DNA of 64,000 nt from Octopus bimaculoides (taxonomy: Eukaryota): contig NC_069003.1 in assembly GCF_001194135.2 (NCBI RefSeq), positions 26,595,106 through 26,659,105 of the forward strand, written 5' to 3'. Below the pieces are notes generated by a model. It ran no database searches and was not told the origin of the DNA. It saw only the letters and a list, made by a program, of their open reading frames with translations. The translations under genes were made by a program, and so were the position numbers. Of this stretch, positions 1 through 11,791 are shown one piece after another (position 1 is the first letter of the stretch; the number at the start of each line of letters is the position of its first letter).

Positions 1-190
1 TATATATATATATACGTGTGTGTATATATATATATACGTGTGTGTATATATATATATACGTGTGTGTATATATATATACGTGTGTGTGTGTATATATATA
101 CGTGTGTGTATATATATATATATACGTGTGTATATATATATATACGTGTGTATATATATATATATACGTGTGTATATATATATATATACA

Positions 191-222
<32 letters not shown>

Positions 223-285
223 CATACATACATACATACATACCTACACACACACACACACACACGTGTATATATATATATATAT
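1..285. repeat. Compound (TA)n/(TG)n/(CA)n microsatellite
   Basis: Seen directly. Similar tracts at 5685-6040, 12990-13235, 26630-26848, 45753-45815, 54795-54870 and 61720-61985. Confidence 0.95.
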
Positions 286-880
286 CAGGTGTATTTTTAT
301 TTGATAAACAGATGATAATTATATGTATCTGATAAATATTTGAATATAATATATTTATACACCTGATAATCCATTGCGTTAAATATAATAAACATGTGAA
401 AAAAACAAAAAGCAAACCGTAATGCTTGCACCATACCTCGTTTTGTTTTCAACATTAACTACACAAGAAATTTGGCAATCTATACAGATTCAGAGTTCTC
501 TTTCCCACATGGCTTTGCCATCAATGGAAGTGAGCAGTACCTTACCTGTTGTTGTGATGTTATTTAAACCTATCAAGCATCATCGTCATCATTGTGTTAC
601 AGTTTAACGTTAAGCTGGTGGGCCGGCAGAACTGGCGTGTCGCCAGGCTGAATTCTGTTAATGGTTTAGGTGATTGGACTGTGGCCATGGTACCGCCTTC
701 AAGGTCCTTTTAGTCAATCATATCCATCCTAGCATTTATTTTATCAGTCTTTATCAAATGGTTAAGTTCTGCTTGATGCAACACCGGTTTTTGAAACTTG
801 TAAACATAAACACAGACAGATTGACACACATATACACACAAATTATATATATACATACATACATATATAGACATATATAT

Positions 881-1119
881 ACTCTTTTACTTGTTTCAGT
901 CATTTGACTGCAGCCATGCTAGAGCACCGCCTTTAGTCAAGCAAATCGACCCCAGGACTTATTCTTTGTAAGNNNNNNNNNNCGCCTTTAGTCAAGCAAA
1001 TCGACCCCAGGACTTATTCTTTGTAAGCCTAGTACTTATTCTATTGGTCTCTTTTGCCGAACCGCTAAGTTATGGGGATGTACACACACCAGCATCGGTT
1101 GTCAAGCGATATTAGGGAG

Positions 1120-1150
<31 letters not shown>

Positions 1151-1321
1151 CAAATATACGACGGGCTTCTTTCAGTTTCCGTCTACCAAATTCACTCACA
1201 AGGCTTTGGTCGGTCCGAGGCTTTAGTAGAAGACACTTGCCCAAGGTGCCACGCAGTGGGACTGAACCCAGAACCATGTGGTTGGTAAGCAAGCTACTTA
1301 CCACACAGCCACTCCTACGCC
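881..1321 (-). mobile_element. tRNA-derived SINE family A (head GGCGCAGGAGTGGCTGTGTGG, central TA/CA repeat, tail GACTGAAACAAGTAAAAGAG)
   Basis: A/B-box-like head (TGGTAAG / GGTTCAGTCCC); more than 20 copies in the window. Confidence 0.8.
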
Positions 1322-1594
1322 TGTATATATATATATATAAGAAGAACATTCTACAGGCTGCAGGTTTGTTTTGTGCTGTGTTAGCTCATCAGAAATATTT
1401 GAAACAATTTATTCAGTATCATAATATTTATTACTTGTAAAAGAAATGGAGAGGAAAAACACAATTCATGAAAATAAAGAGTAAAAAACAGAAAATTGAT
1501 ACTGAATAATAAATGGTTTCGAATATTTTTGATGTGCTAAGAAATAAGTAAAACTAGCCTGCAACCTGTAAAATATTGTTAATATTGCGTTGAA

Positions 1595-2055
1595 ATACTT
1601 GAAAAACACTTCATCAAGCATTTTACCTTGTCTAAACTCCAGCAGGTCATATTTTATTCAGAATAATACAAAAATGTACAATGTAGTTCTTATGGCACCA
1701 CTTAGTACATCTTAAGGGCGAGTAACAACAGAGTAGATTAAATTGAGCCTGAGACCTCATGACTTGGAAGTTAGCTTCTCAACAAGGCACAGCCATTCCT
1801 CTGTGTGTATGTGTGTTAGAGGACTGGACAGGATCCCTAATCACTCACCTTGTCCAATCCTGTACCACTCCATTTTACATTCACCTCCAGTTTAAACCTG
1901 AAAAAACATTTTACTATCAAACATTTTATCTTGTCTACAAACACCAGCACATCATATTTTATTCAGAATAATATAAAAATGTACAACATAGTTCTTAAGG
2001 GCACCGCTTCATACATCTTAAGGGTGAGCAATAGCAGAGTATATTAAATTAGCTT
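1595..2055 (+). repeat. Diverged ~150-bp direct duplication (offset ~305 bp)
   Basis: 1595-1745 aligns with 1895-2055 (shared CATATTTTATTCAGAATAATA.AAAAATGTACAA). Confidence 0.8.
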
Positions 2056-2819
2056 TACTATATGTTGTACTTCTTATTTTGCCAATCTCAGAAGCATGAA
2101 AGTCGAGGCTGGCCCAGGCAGGATTTTAATTCAGAATGCAAAGAGAAGTAACAAGATACGACAAAGAATTTACTCTAATGCTGCCATCATCCACCACTTT
2201 CCCATCTTTAATGACACTAACAGAAGCCACAACAGCCTCAAGGTCATGTAGCTTAATAAACATTTTTTTTTTTTTTATAATTAGCAAGATTTACTTTTCC
2301 TGTAAAACAATATCTTCCACAACACAAGCATCTCAAATTCCACAACACAAATATTTCTAAATGTCATCAAATCTTCACAGATCACAGAATGATTTAATTT
2401 CAGCCATTATTGACTTGACCGCTTTTCCTAGTTAAATATTCAAATATAATTTCCCAGCAACGACACCGCCATCAATGTCAAACTTAATTATATAACAAGC
2501 AAAGCAAAGTATGTGAATTAATTATTATGTCATCATTACCATTGCTTAAGAAACACTTTCCTATATTCGCACGATTGGAATTTGTTGAGGCAGACTTTCA
2601 GCTGCTGGATGCCCTTCCTGTTGCTAACCCTCACCTGTTTTTCAAATCAGGTAATATTTCATATAGCTAGACATGCTTTGCAAGGAAGACTAGAAACAAA
2701 CAACCTCTCTTGACAATGATACTCTCTTGTATGACAAAATGCCATGCAGTGGGACTAACTCAAAACCATGTATCTGGAAGCAAACTTCATTACCACACAA
2801 GCCAAGCTTGTACATATAC

Positions 2820-2873
<54 letters not shown>

Positions 2874-3354
2874 AGGTGCAATGACCCAGTGGTTAGGGCA
2901 GCGAACTCGCAGTTGGAGGATCACGGTTTCAATTCCCAGACCGGGCGTTGTGTGTGTTTATTGAGCATGGACAACGGACATTAAATGATGATGATAATGT
3001 ATAACTCATTTTTGCCAACTGAGTGGACTGGAGCAATGTGAAATAAAGTGTCTTGCTCAAGGACACAACATGCTGCTGGAATATTTGATTCAGTTCATGA
3101 CCATAAAGTCATGAGTTCAATTCTGAATGGTGCATTGTATGAAGGTGAGTGACTTCGTAAAAGGAACAAATGGTAGATCCATGGGCACCAAACTTGTAGC
3201 CTACAGCAATGAAATTTCCACCATTATGTATATTCTTGATTTTCTTTACCTTTTCCTGTAGAGAATACACTAATCTTCATTGTTTGTTCAATATCAGGAG
3301 CCTTTGTATTTTTCTGTTCTCTGGTCCAATGTAAATGGATACAAGTACATAAAA

Positions 3355-3655
3355 TGACATTCCAGCCGATCTAATCAACAGAACAGCCTACTTGTGAATT
3401 TAACGTGCAAGTGGCTGAGCATTCCACAGACATGTGTACTCTTGATATAGTACTCTAGGAGATTCAAGATGACACAGGACGTGAGTGACAAATCTGGCCC
3501 TCTGAAACACAGGTACTACTCGTTTTTACCAGCTTAGTGGACTGGAGCAGCGTGAAATGAAGTGTCTTGCTCGAAGACAAAGCACGCTGCTGGGAATCGA
3601 ACTCGTGACCTTACGATCATGGGCCAAAAATACTCCAGCCATTAAGCCACATGAG
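3355..3655 (-). mobile_element. tRNA-derived SINE family C
   Basis: Head ..GATCGTAAGGTCACGAGTTCGATTCCC followed by CTTCGAGCAAGACACTTCATTTCAC and the family C body. Confidence 0.7.
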
Positions 3656-3949
3656 CACATAAATCTGTATAAAAAACATGCAATCTCACAGGTGCAGTTA
3701 TGTATGCACAAATGATAGTTAATGCATTCTGAGAAACTGAGTATTGTAGAGAGTCGCTGAGACAAGTTTGTTTGTGGTATCAGCAGAATCATTGACTGAT
3801 TGTCAACCTGCATTATAACAGATTAATCCACAATAAGCATAACATGGCTCACAATTGAGTGTGCTGCATTATCTAGAACCAGTAATGAATGAAATGGTGA
3901 TAAACAAAGCCCCATGTACTGCAAGAAATTCAAAAAAAAGAGGCAGGTT

Positions 3950-4186
3950 TTCTTATTCTTTATTGCCCACAAGGGGCTAAACATAGAGGGGACAAACAAG
4001 AACAGACAAACGGATTAAGTCGATTACATCGACCCCAGTGCGTAACTGGCACTTATTTAATCGACCCCGAATGGATGAAAGGCTAAGTCGACCTCGGCGG
4101 AATTTGAACTCAGAACGTAGCGGCAGACGAAATACTGTTAAGCATTTCGCCCAGCGTGCTAACGATTCTGCCAGCTCGCCGCCTTA
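3950..4186 (-). mobile_element. tRNA-derived SINE family B, full length
   Basis: Head AAGGCGGCGAGCTGGCAGAATCG..GAGTTCAAATTCC (A/B boxes); body GCCTTTCATCC..GGGGTCGAT..AAGT resembles the Nin/Deu conserved SINE domain (from memory); tail GGGCAATAAAGAATAAGAAA. Confidence 0.8.
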
Positions 4187-5936
4187 AAAAATAGGCAGGT
4201 TTTCATCAATGGTAATTACAGATTTTAAATCTCAGTCACTCACCCAATCTAACAGCATTGTTCCCGACACCCCAGCATCTTAGTCTTCATGTGATAGTGG
4301 GAGNNNNNNNNNNNNNNNNNNNNNNNNNNNNNNNNNNNNNNNNNNNNNNNNNNNNNNNNNNNNNNNNNNNNNNNNNNNNNNNNNNNNNNNNNNNNNNNNN
4401 NNNNNNNNNNNNNNNNNNNNNNNNNNNNNNNNNNNNNNNNNNNNNNNNNNNNNNNNNNNNNNNNNNNNNNNNNNNNNNNNNNNNNNNNNNNNNNNNNNNN
4501 NNNNNNNNNNNNNNNNNNNNNNNNNNNNNNNNNNNNNNNNNNNNNNNNNNNNNNNNNNNNNNNNNNNNNNNNNNNNNNNNNNNNNNNNNNNNNNNNNNNN
4601 NNNNNNNNNNNNNNNNNNNNNNNNNNNNNNNNNNNNNNNNNNNNNNNNNNNNNNNNNNNNNNNNNNNNNNNNNNNNNNNNNNNNNNNNNNNNNNNNNNNN
4701 NNNNNNNNNNNNNNNNNNNNNNNNNNNNNNNNNNNNNNNNNNNNNNNNNNNNNNNNNNNNNNNNNNNNNNNNNNNNNNNNNNNNNNNNNNNNNNNNNNNN
4801 NNNNNNNNNNNNNNNNNNNNNNNNNNNNNNNNNNNNNNNNNNNNNNNNNNNNNNNNNNNNNNNNNNNNNNNNNNNNNNNNNNNNNNNNNNNNNNNNNNNN
4901 NNNNNNNNNNNNNNNNNNNNNNNNNNNNNNNNNNNNNNNNNNNNNNNNNNNNNATTATAATAATAATAATACAAGATATAAAAAAATAATATAAAATAAA
5001 ACTTGCAAAAATTTATAAAAAATTTAACTAAATATGATAAAAAAAATTTAGAAGCTGGACATTGATAAGAGAATTATTATTATTATTATTATTATTAGAA
5101 GATTATTGTTATTATTAATATTTATATATTCAATTTTGCATTCATTCTTTGTCACAAGGCAGCAGCTGTTTTACAGATTTTAAATCTCAGTCACTCACCC
5201 AATCTAACAGCATTGTTCCCGACACCCCAGCATCTTAGTCTTCATGTGATAGTGGGAGGTGATGCAGGGTGTACGAGGGGGTGCACAGGACAGGCCCTGA
5301 AACCACGACTTATGAGCTAACGAAACAAACACTCATTAATTGCAGGGTTTTCCCAACTTTTGCACAGTGGCAAGCTGAGTAGTCCCTCTGGCATCCAAGT
5401 GGACTGAGCTAGCGAAGAGTGAGGGCAGGGCGACAACCTGGCCATAGTGACCCATTTTAACAAACCTGAGACTAGGAGAAGGAGAGTGTGTGGTTATTAG
5501 AGGTGGTGGGCTTCAGCTAATTCATTGAGTGAGAGAGAAGGAGAGTGGAGTGTTGATTGGTGCAAACAGAGGACATAGGTGAGATAAGGTATATGAGTGG
5601 AATATTAGAGCTTTGAGTGTGGTTGACGAGTGTAGCTGATTTCATTACAATTTACTTCTTCAGGTCAATAACTGTTCTAAAGGGTGTGTGTGTGTGTGTA
5701 TGTATATATATATATATATATACACACATACCCACACACACATACATATATATATATGCACACATATACATACATATAAATATACATATATACACACATG
5801 CATATATATACATATATACACACATGCATATATATATATACACATACATATATATATATATATACACATACATACATATATACACACATACATATATATA
5901 CACACATACATATATATAGATATACACACATACATA

Positions 5937-5980
<44 letters not shown>

Positions 5981-6096
5981 AACACACACAGATATATATA
6001 CATGCACACACTACATATATATATATATACATACACACACTGAGGATAATATGTAGTTCCTTCATTCATTAATAACAAACATTGTCTTACTTTCAG

Positions 6097-6134
6097 ATCA
6101 CTCAAGACCTGTTACTGTGAGGAAGGTGGCTAAG
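6097..6134 (+). CDS. Candidate internal exon of an unidentified plus-strand gene (HSRPVTVRKVAK)
   Basis: Strong sites CTTACTTTCAG| and AAG|GTAAGT; one open frame, phase 1 in and phase 0 out; non-repetitive sequence. Confidence 0.45.
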
Positions 6135-6661
6135 GTAAGTGAATCAACACCACCACTTCTCGTATGTACAACTGCCGCTAAGCATTTTGCCAGGCGCAGT
6201 AACGATTTTGCCAATTCACCGCCTCACAATAACAACAACTTATAATAGCAAGAGGCCAAAAATCAGGTGGGAGGTATTGGTCGACTATAATGATCCCAAA
6301 TTCTTAAATGGTCGTTAAGAATTTATCTGGAGAGATAAAAGGCAGAATTGAGCTTGGTAGAGTTTGAACCCACAATGTAAAATGCCGGAACAAATAGCAC
6401 AAGGTATTTTGGTATTTCATGCAATATTCTAATGATTCTGCTGATACACTGCTTGTATAACAAATAACAATAGGGTTTTCTAAGATAGGCAGCAGACCAT
6501 AGGGAGATAGATATGTTCAATTATAGCAAATAATTCACAGCTCTGTGTGTGTGTGTGTGTGTGTGTGTGTATAAATAACCATGTGTATATATAAACAAAC
6601 TTACATTCGCTTTTGAGAAATGTCAAATGTGTATTGTACGATACAGACAAAAAGGGTGATA

Positions 6662-6826
6662 TTTCGAATGCAGTATCACCGTTAAAACAGCAGAATAATT
6701 GTGTATTATTACTCTTACAAGACGGAAAAAGTTGTCAACAAACAACCATGGGACAACCTTTTCCGCTTTATAAGGGTAATAATACCTAATCATTCTGCTG
6801 CTTTAATGGTGACAGTGCTTTTGAAA
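6662..6826. mobile_element. Foldback MITE (75-bp arms, 15-nt loop)
   Basis: 6662-6736 is the imperfect reverse complement of 6752-6826; TA-rich flanks. Confidence 0.65.
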
Positions 6827-7277
6827 CATATATATATATATATATAAATTATCTTTATCCTATGATATTTACTTTGTATTATATTATATTCATTTATTGT
6901 GCTTTTAATTGTTAATTTTTCTATATATGATAGTGGATTTTCATCGATGAGTTCATGAAACTTGGTTCTTTTCCCTAAAACTATATATTTATATATATTT
7001 TAATCTGTAAAGCTCAATTTAATTTTAATTTTTTATAAATTGATTTTAATTGAGTTTTTACTCGTAATTTTGGATTTTATCCCTAATATATATATATATA
7101 TATATACATATAGTATAATTGCTATACTTTTACAAGATGAGGGATGATAAAGGCGTCCAAGTTTCAGCCTACTACAGAAAATATTGAATAATTCTTCAGA
7201 TTAATGTTAAATTGTTTCTCTTATAGCTTAACATAAAAACAAATGTTAACTGTTTTGTTACCAAATTTCTGTTAAAA

Positions 7278-7498
7278 CCTTTCGTTACTGTATTTATTTT
7301 GAGATGCTGTGTTTCTTTCAATTACTTTAAATATAACAAAGAATTTAGTAGAATAATTTAGTTATCATTATGTCTTAGTGTTAGGAACATAAATTGTGAC
7401 TAAGGTTTGGTGGGAGGTTTTAATTCAAAACTTATGAAAAAGAAGACATTTGTACTACAGAGCCAGAGCCAGTTTCAGCCGGGTTGGTGACAAAAGGG
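7278..7498. mobile_element. piggyBac-like MITE
   Basis: Ends (C)CTTTCGTTAC / GTGACAAAAGGG with TTAA-like flanks. Confidence 0.5.
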
Positions 7499-8434
7499 TT
7501 AAACTATACTGCCTTTAACTGTTATTATTAAGCTGGTGTATGGAATATAAATTAACATAAATTAACAAGGAATTTTGGTGGAAGGTTTTGACACAGATCC
7601 CTTTAAAACAAGAGGTTTGCATCATGAAATNNNNNNNNNNNNNNNNNNNNNNNNNNNNNNNNNNNNNNNNNNNNNNNNNNNNNNNNNNNNNNNNNNNNNN
7701 NNNNNNNNNNNNNNNNNNNNNNNNNNNNNNNNNNNNNNNNNNNNNNNNNNNNNNNNNNNNNNNNNNNNNNNNNNNNNNNNNNNNNNNNNNNNNNNNNNNN
7801 NNNNNNNNNNNNNNNNNNNNNNNNNNNNNNNNNNNNNNNNNNNNNNNNNNNNNNNNNNNNNNNNNNNNNNNNNNNNNNNNNNNNNNNNNNNNNNNNNNNN
7901 NNNNNNNNNNNNNNNNNNNNNNNNNNNNNNNNNNNNNNNNNNNNNNNNNNNNNNNNNNNNNNNNNNNNNNNNNNNNNNNNNNNNNNNNNNNNNNNNNNNN
8001 NNNNNNNNNNNNNNNNNNNNNNNNNNNNNNNNNNNNNNNNNNNNNNNNNNNNNNNNNNNNNNNNNNNNNNNNNNNNNNNNNNNNNNNNNNNNNNNNNNNN
8101 NNNNNNNNNNNNNNNNNNNNNNNNNNNNNNNNNNNNNNNNNNNNNNNNNNNNNNNNNNNNNNNNNNNNNNNNNNNNNNNNNNNNNNNNNNNNNNNNNNNN
8201 NNNNNNNNNNNNNNNNNNNNNNNNNNNNNNNNNNNNNNNNNNNNNNNNNNNNNNNNNNNNNNNNNNNNNNNNNNNNNNNNNNNNNNNNNNNNNNNNNNNN
8301 NNNNNNNNNNNNNNNNNNNNNNNNNNNNNNNNNNNNNNNNNNNNNNNNNNNNNNNNNNNNNNNNNNNNNNNNNNNNNNNNNNNNNNNNNNNNNNNNNNNN
8401 NNNNNNNNNNNNNNNNNNNNNNNNNNNNNNNNNN

Positions 8435-8473
<39 letters not shown>

Positions 8474-8530
8474 ATGTAAACCTACATAGTGGTCATACAA
8501 ACATGGCCAAATTTAATTATTTCTCTGCAG

Positions 8531-8680
8531 ATTGAAAAAAAAGTGACGAGCAGCCTAAATCAATTTTCAAACCTTATTGAACTCTCATCAGAGGTGTCTG
8601 CATCACTTGGTGCCAATCCCAGAGAAATGAGTAGCCAATCTGTTTATATACACAACAAATCCAGTAGCTTCAGCGAATAG
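8531..8680 (+). CDS. Candidate terminal coding exon of the same plus-strand gene (IEKKVTSSLNQFSNLIELSSEV...SSSFSE*)
   Basis: TTTTCTCTGCAG| acceptor; only phase 0 is open (49 aa to TAG), which fits the 6097-6134 exon. No family recognised. Confidence 0.4.
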   Translation: MEKKVTSSLNQFSNLIELSSEVSASLGANPREMSSQSVYIHNKSSSFSE

Positions 8681-9034
8681 GAGTGATTAGCTTGCATACT
8701 ATACATTTTGTTCTGTACAGTAAAAAAAGAAACAACAGCTATGCTCAATGTCTATATTTATTTAAACATATGTGTGTTAATAGCATAATATAATTAATAA
8801 TTAGTAACTAATATCGAATAATATTTAATTTTTGAATAGACATGAAGTTTAATGTTCATTTAAAGTATCAGCTTTGATATATATGGTGCCTATAATATTT
8901 TATACACAGTGGAGCTGATGAAGGGCCAACTGAGTCCAAAGGTAGATTGACTCACCTGTGCGGGGTACAAAACCAGATCGAACCTAATTCCCTACCATCT
9001 GTGCCAAACCAACTCCCCTAATAACGGTGTCAAA

Positions 9035-9657
9035 TTTTGGCACAAGGCCAAGATTTTCGGGGGAGGCTTAGGGTAAAGTGATTACATTGACCCCCCCAGT
9101 GCTCAACTGGTGCTTATTTTATTAACCCTGGAAGGATGAAAGGCAAAGTTGACCTCGGTGGAATTCAAACTCAGAATGTAAAGACGGACAAAATGTTGCT
9201 AAGCGATTTGTTTTGGTATGCTAACAATTCTGCCAACTTTCACTTTCATCTTTTATACCTTAATAATAATAGTAATTTTTTTCTACCTAAGGCCTGAAAT
9301 TTGGTGGGAAAGTGAGGTTAGTCGTTTTCATCAACCCCAGTGCTAACTGGTAGTTATTGTATCAGCCCTGAAAGGATAAAAAATAAAAGCCAGCCTCAAC
9401 AGCATTTGAACTCAAATACCACTGAGTATTCTGTTAGGCATGGTAAACATTCTGTCAGTTCATTGCCTTAATTTTGGGGGAGGTGATAAGTCGATTACAT
9501 CAACCCCAGTACTTAACTGGTACTTATTTTTATCAACCCCCGAAAGGATGAAAGGCAATGTCAACCCCGACGGTGTTTGAACCCAGAACCTGAAGACAGA
9601 CAAAATTCCGCTAAGCATTTTTTCCCTGGCATGCTAACAATTCTGCCAGCTCACCAC

Positions 9658-9708
<51 letters not shown>

Positions 9709-10077
9709 TTTTCTAACAGAAGCACAAGGCCTGAAATTTGGGTGAGGAAGTGGGGTTAGTCAGTCAATTAAATTGACCCTAATATTTGACTGGCACTTTT
9801 ATTTCATCGATCTCCAAAAAAGGATGAAAGCAAAGCTGATCCTGGTGGGATTTGGACCCTGAATATAAAGAGCCAGAAGGAATACCACAAAGCATTTTGT
9901 CCGTTGCTCTAACAATTCTGCTAATCCATCTCCTTCAAAAATCACACTAGTAATAGTACTACGACTAAATACTAAAATATTACTACCAATAATAATAATG
10001 ATAATAAAAATATTAATAACAAATAATATCAATAACAAATAATGAAAAAGATAATAATAATAATGATAATAATAGTA

Positions 10078-10113
<36 letters not shown>

Positions 10114-10377
10114 GTAATGGTAATAATAATAATAATGGTTTCAAATTTTGGCACAAGGCCAGCATTTTTTTTAGGGGAAAGGGTAAATCAATATCATTGA
10201 CTCCATTGTTTGACTGGTACTTATTTTATAGACCACCCCACCCCTGAGAGGATGAAAGGGGTAAGTCAACCTCGGCAGTATTTGAACTCAGACCAAAAAG
10301 CCGGGAGAAAGAACTACTGCCAAGCATTTCGTCTGGCGTGGGGGAAATGTTTTTTCTGCCAGCCAGCTCGCCGCCTA

Positions 10378-10378
<1 letters not shown>
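9035..10378 (-). mobile_element. Cluster of five co-oriented SINE B copies separated by (AAT)n
   Basis: Copies at ~9035-9245, 9280-9470, 9470-9657, 9706-9930 and 10138-10378. Confidence 0.75.
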
Positions 10379-10408
<30 letters not shown>

Positions 10409-11101
10409 NNNNNNNNNNNNNNNNNNNNNNNNNNNNNNNNNNNNNNNNNNNNNNNNNNNNNNNNNNNNNNNNNNNNNNNNNNNNNNNNNNNNNNNNNNNN
10501 NNNNNNNNNNNNNNNNNNNNNNNNNNNNNNNNNNNNNNNNNNNNNNNNNNNNNNNNNNNNNNNNNNNNNNNNNNNNNNNNNNNNNNNNNNNNNNNNNNNN
10601 NNNNNNNNNNNNNNNNNNNNNNNNNNNNNNNNNNNNNNNNNNNNNNNNNNNNNNNNNNNNNNNNNNNNNNNNNNNNNNNNNNNNNNNNNNNNNNNNNNNN
10701 NNNNNNNNNNNNNNNNNNNNNNNNNNNNNNNNNNNNNNNNNNNNNNNNNNNNNNNNNNNNNNNNNNNNNNNNNNNNNNNNNNNNNNNNNNNNNNNNNNNN
10801 NNNNNNNNNNNNNNNNNNNNNNNNNNNNNNNNNNNNNNNNNNNNNNNNNNNNNNNNNNNNNNNNNNNNNNNNNNNNNNNNNNNNNNNNNNNNNNNNNNNN
10901 NNNNNNNNNNNNNNNNNNNNNNNNNNNNNNNNNNNNNNNNNNNNNNNNNNNNNNNNNNNNNNNNNNNNNNNNNNNNNNNNNNNNNNNNNNNNNNNNNNNN
11001 NNNNNNNNNNNNNNNNNNNNNNNNNNNNNNNNNNNNNNNNNNNNNNNNNNNNNNNNNNNNNNNNNNNNNNNNNNNNNNNNNNNNNNNNNNNNNNNNNNNN
11101 N

Positions 11102-11791
11102 CTGAGGACCCTGCATGTAGACCCCTTGGTTGGGCGGTTGCTGAGTCGGCGGCTTCCTTGCTGTTTGCGGACTTCCAGCGCCAGGGCTGTCAGAATGGCG
11201 AACAATCGGTATGACACGTTCCCCAGTGTTTTGACCTCCAGCTTGATGAGACGGACTACTGGTCCATGACCCTTGGAAACCGGCTGGTTGTTGTCCATGT
11301 TGATAATTAAACGGATGCTGAGGATGTGGGTGTTGCTGCTGCTGCTGATGCTGTGTTGGTGGCGGCTGTTGTTGCTGTGGTGATGCTGGCTGCTGTTGGC
11401 GGTGGGGCATAGTACTTGTCGGGTGAGGCTGACCCTGGAAGTGAGGGTAGTTGAATGCTGGTGTATGCTGGAAGTGTGTCGTGTAATGTGGCCGAGGTGG
11501 CTCTGCCGGTTGTGAATTGCTGCCAATGTGTTGGATTGGGATCTCTCGAGCTTCAGAAGCGCCAGGATACTGGTGGCCGCTCTGCTGTTGCGGTGGTTGC
11601 GGGGGTGGTGCTGGTTGTCGGTATTGGTAATGTGCTGACGGTGTTGGCACTGTGTGGACAGGAATCTGTCGAGGTTGAGCAGAACTGTAGCCAGCTTGAG
11701 GAGTGTAAGCAGAAGACATCTCGTGATTGACTGGGATTTCTACCATCTTCCCACTTTGATTCTGGTACGGATTTTGGAAAAACCTTTGCGG
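11102..11791 (-). CDS. BAG3: BAG3-like exon 2 (>=230 aa), P/Q/H-rich with four IPV/IPI motifs; 3' end lost in gap
   Basis: Polypyrimidine tract and TTTCCAG| acceptor at 11792; phase 0 matches exon 1. Reads PQRFFQNPYQNQSGKMVEIPVNHE...RQIPVHTV...REIPIQHI...RVIPIVRH...GVYMQGPQ and is open up to the N-gap at 11101. Confidence 0.85.

Noticed and set aside
16-332. Many ORF-track entries rich in YI/CV/HT repeats (also 5617-6105, 12835-13300, 26497-26911, 61624-61891)
   Set aside because: They are translations of (TA)n/(CA)n microsatellites, which lack stop codons.
2135-2242. 108-nt open plus-strand exon candidate
   Set aside because: It lies mostly within a decayed SINE B copy and has a weak donor.
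3094-3144. Plus-strand exon candidate with a strong GTGAGT donor
   Set aside because: Its 5' part is a SINE C head remnant; exonisation cannot be supported from sequence alone.
4216-5258. Identical 88-bp sequence at 4216-4303 and 5171-5258 (likewise ~927-972 versus 983-1028)
   Set aside because: Each abuts a gap; most likely unmerged contig overlap or assembly artefact.
10375-11730. Alternative-frame and antisense ORFs over exon 2 (10375-11526 minus, 11455-11730 plus), and 62817-63116 over exon 1
   Set aside because: They are shadows of the true low-complexity coding frames, with no recognisable domains.
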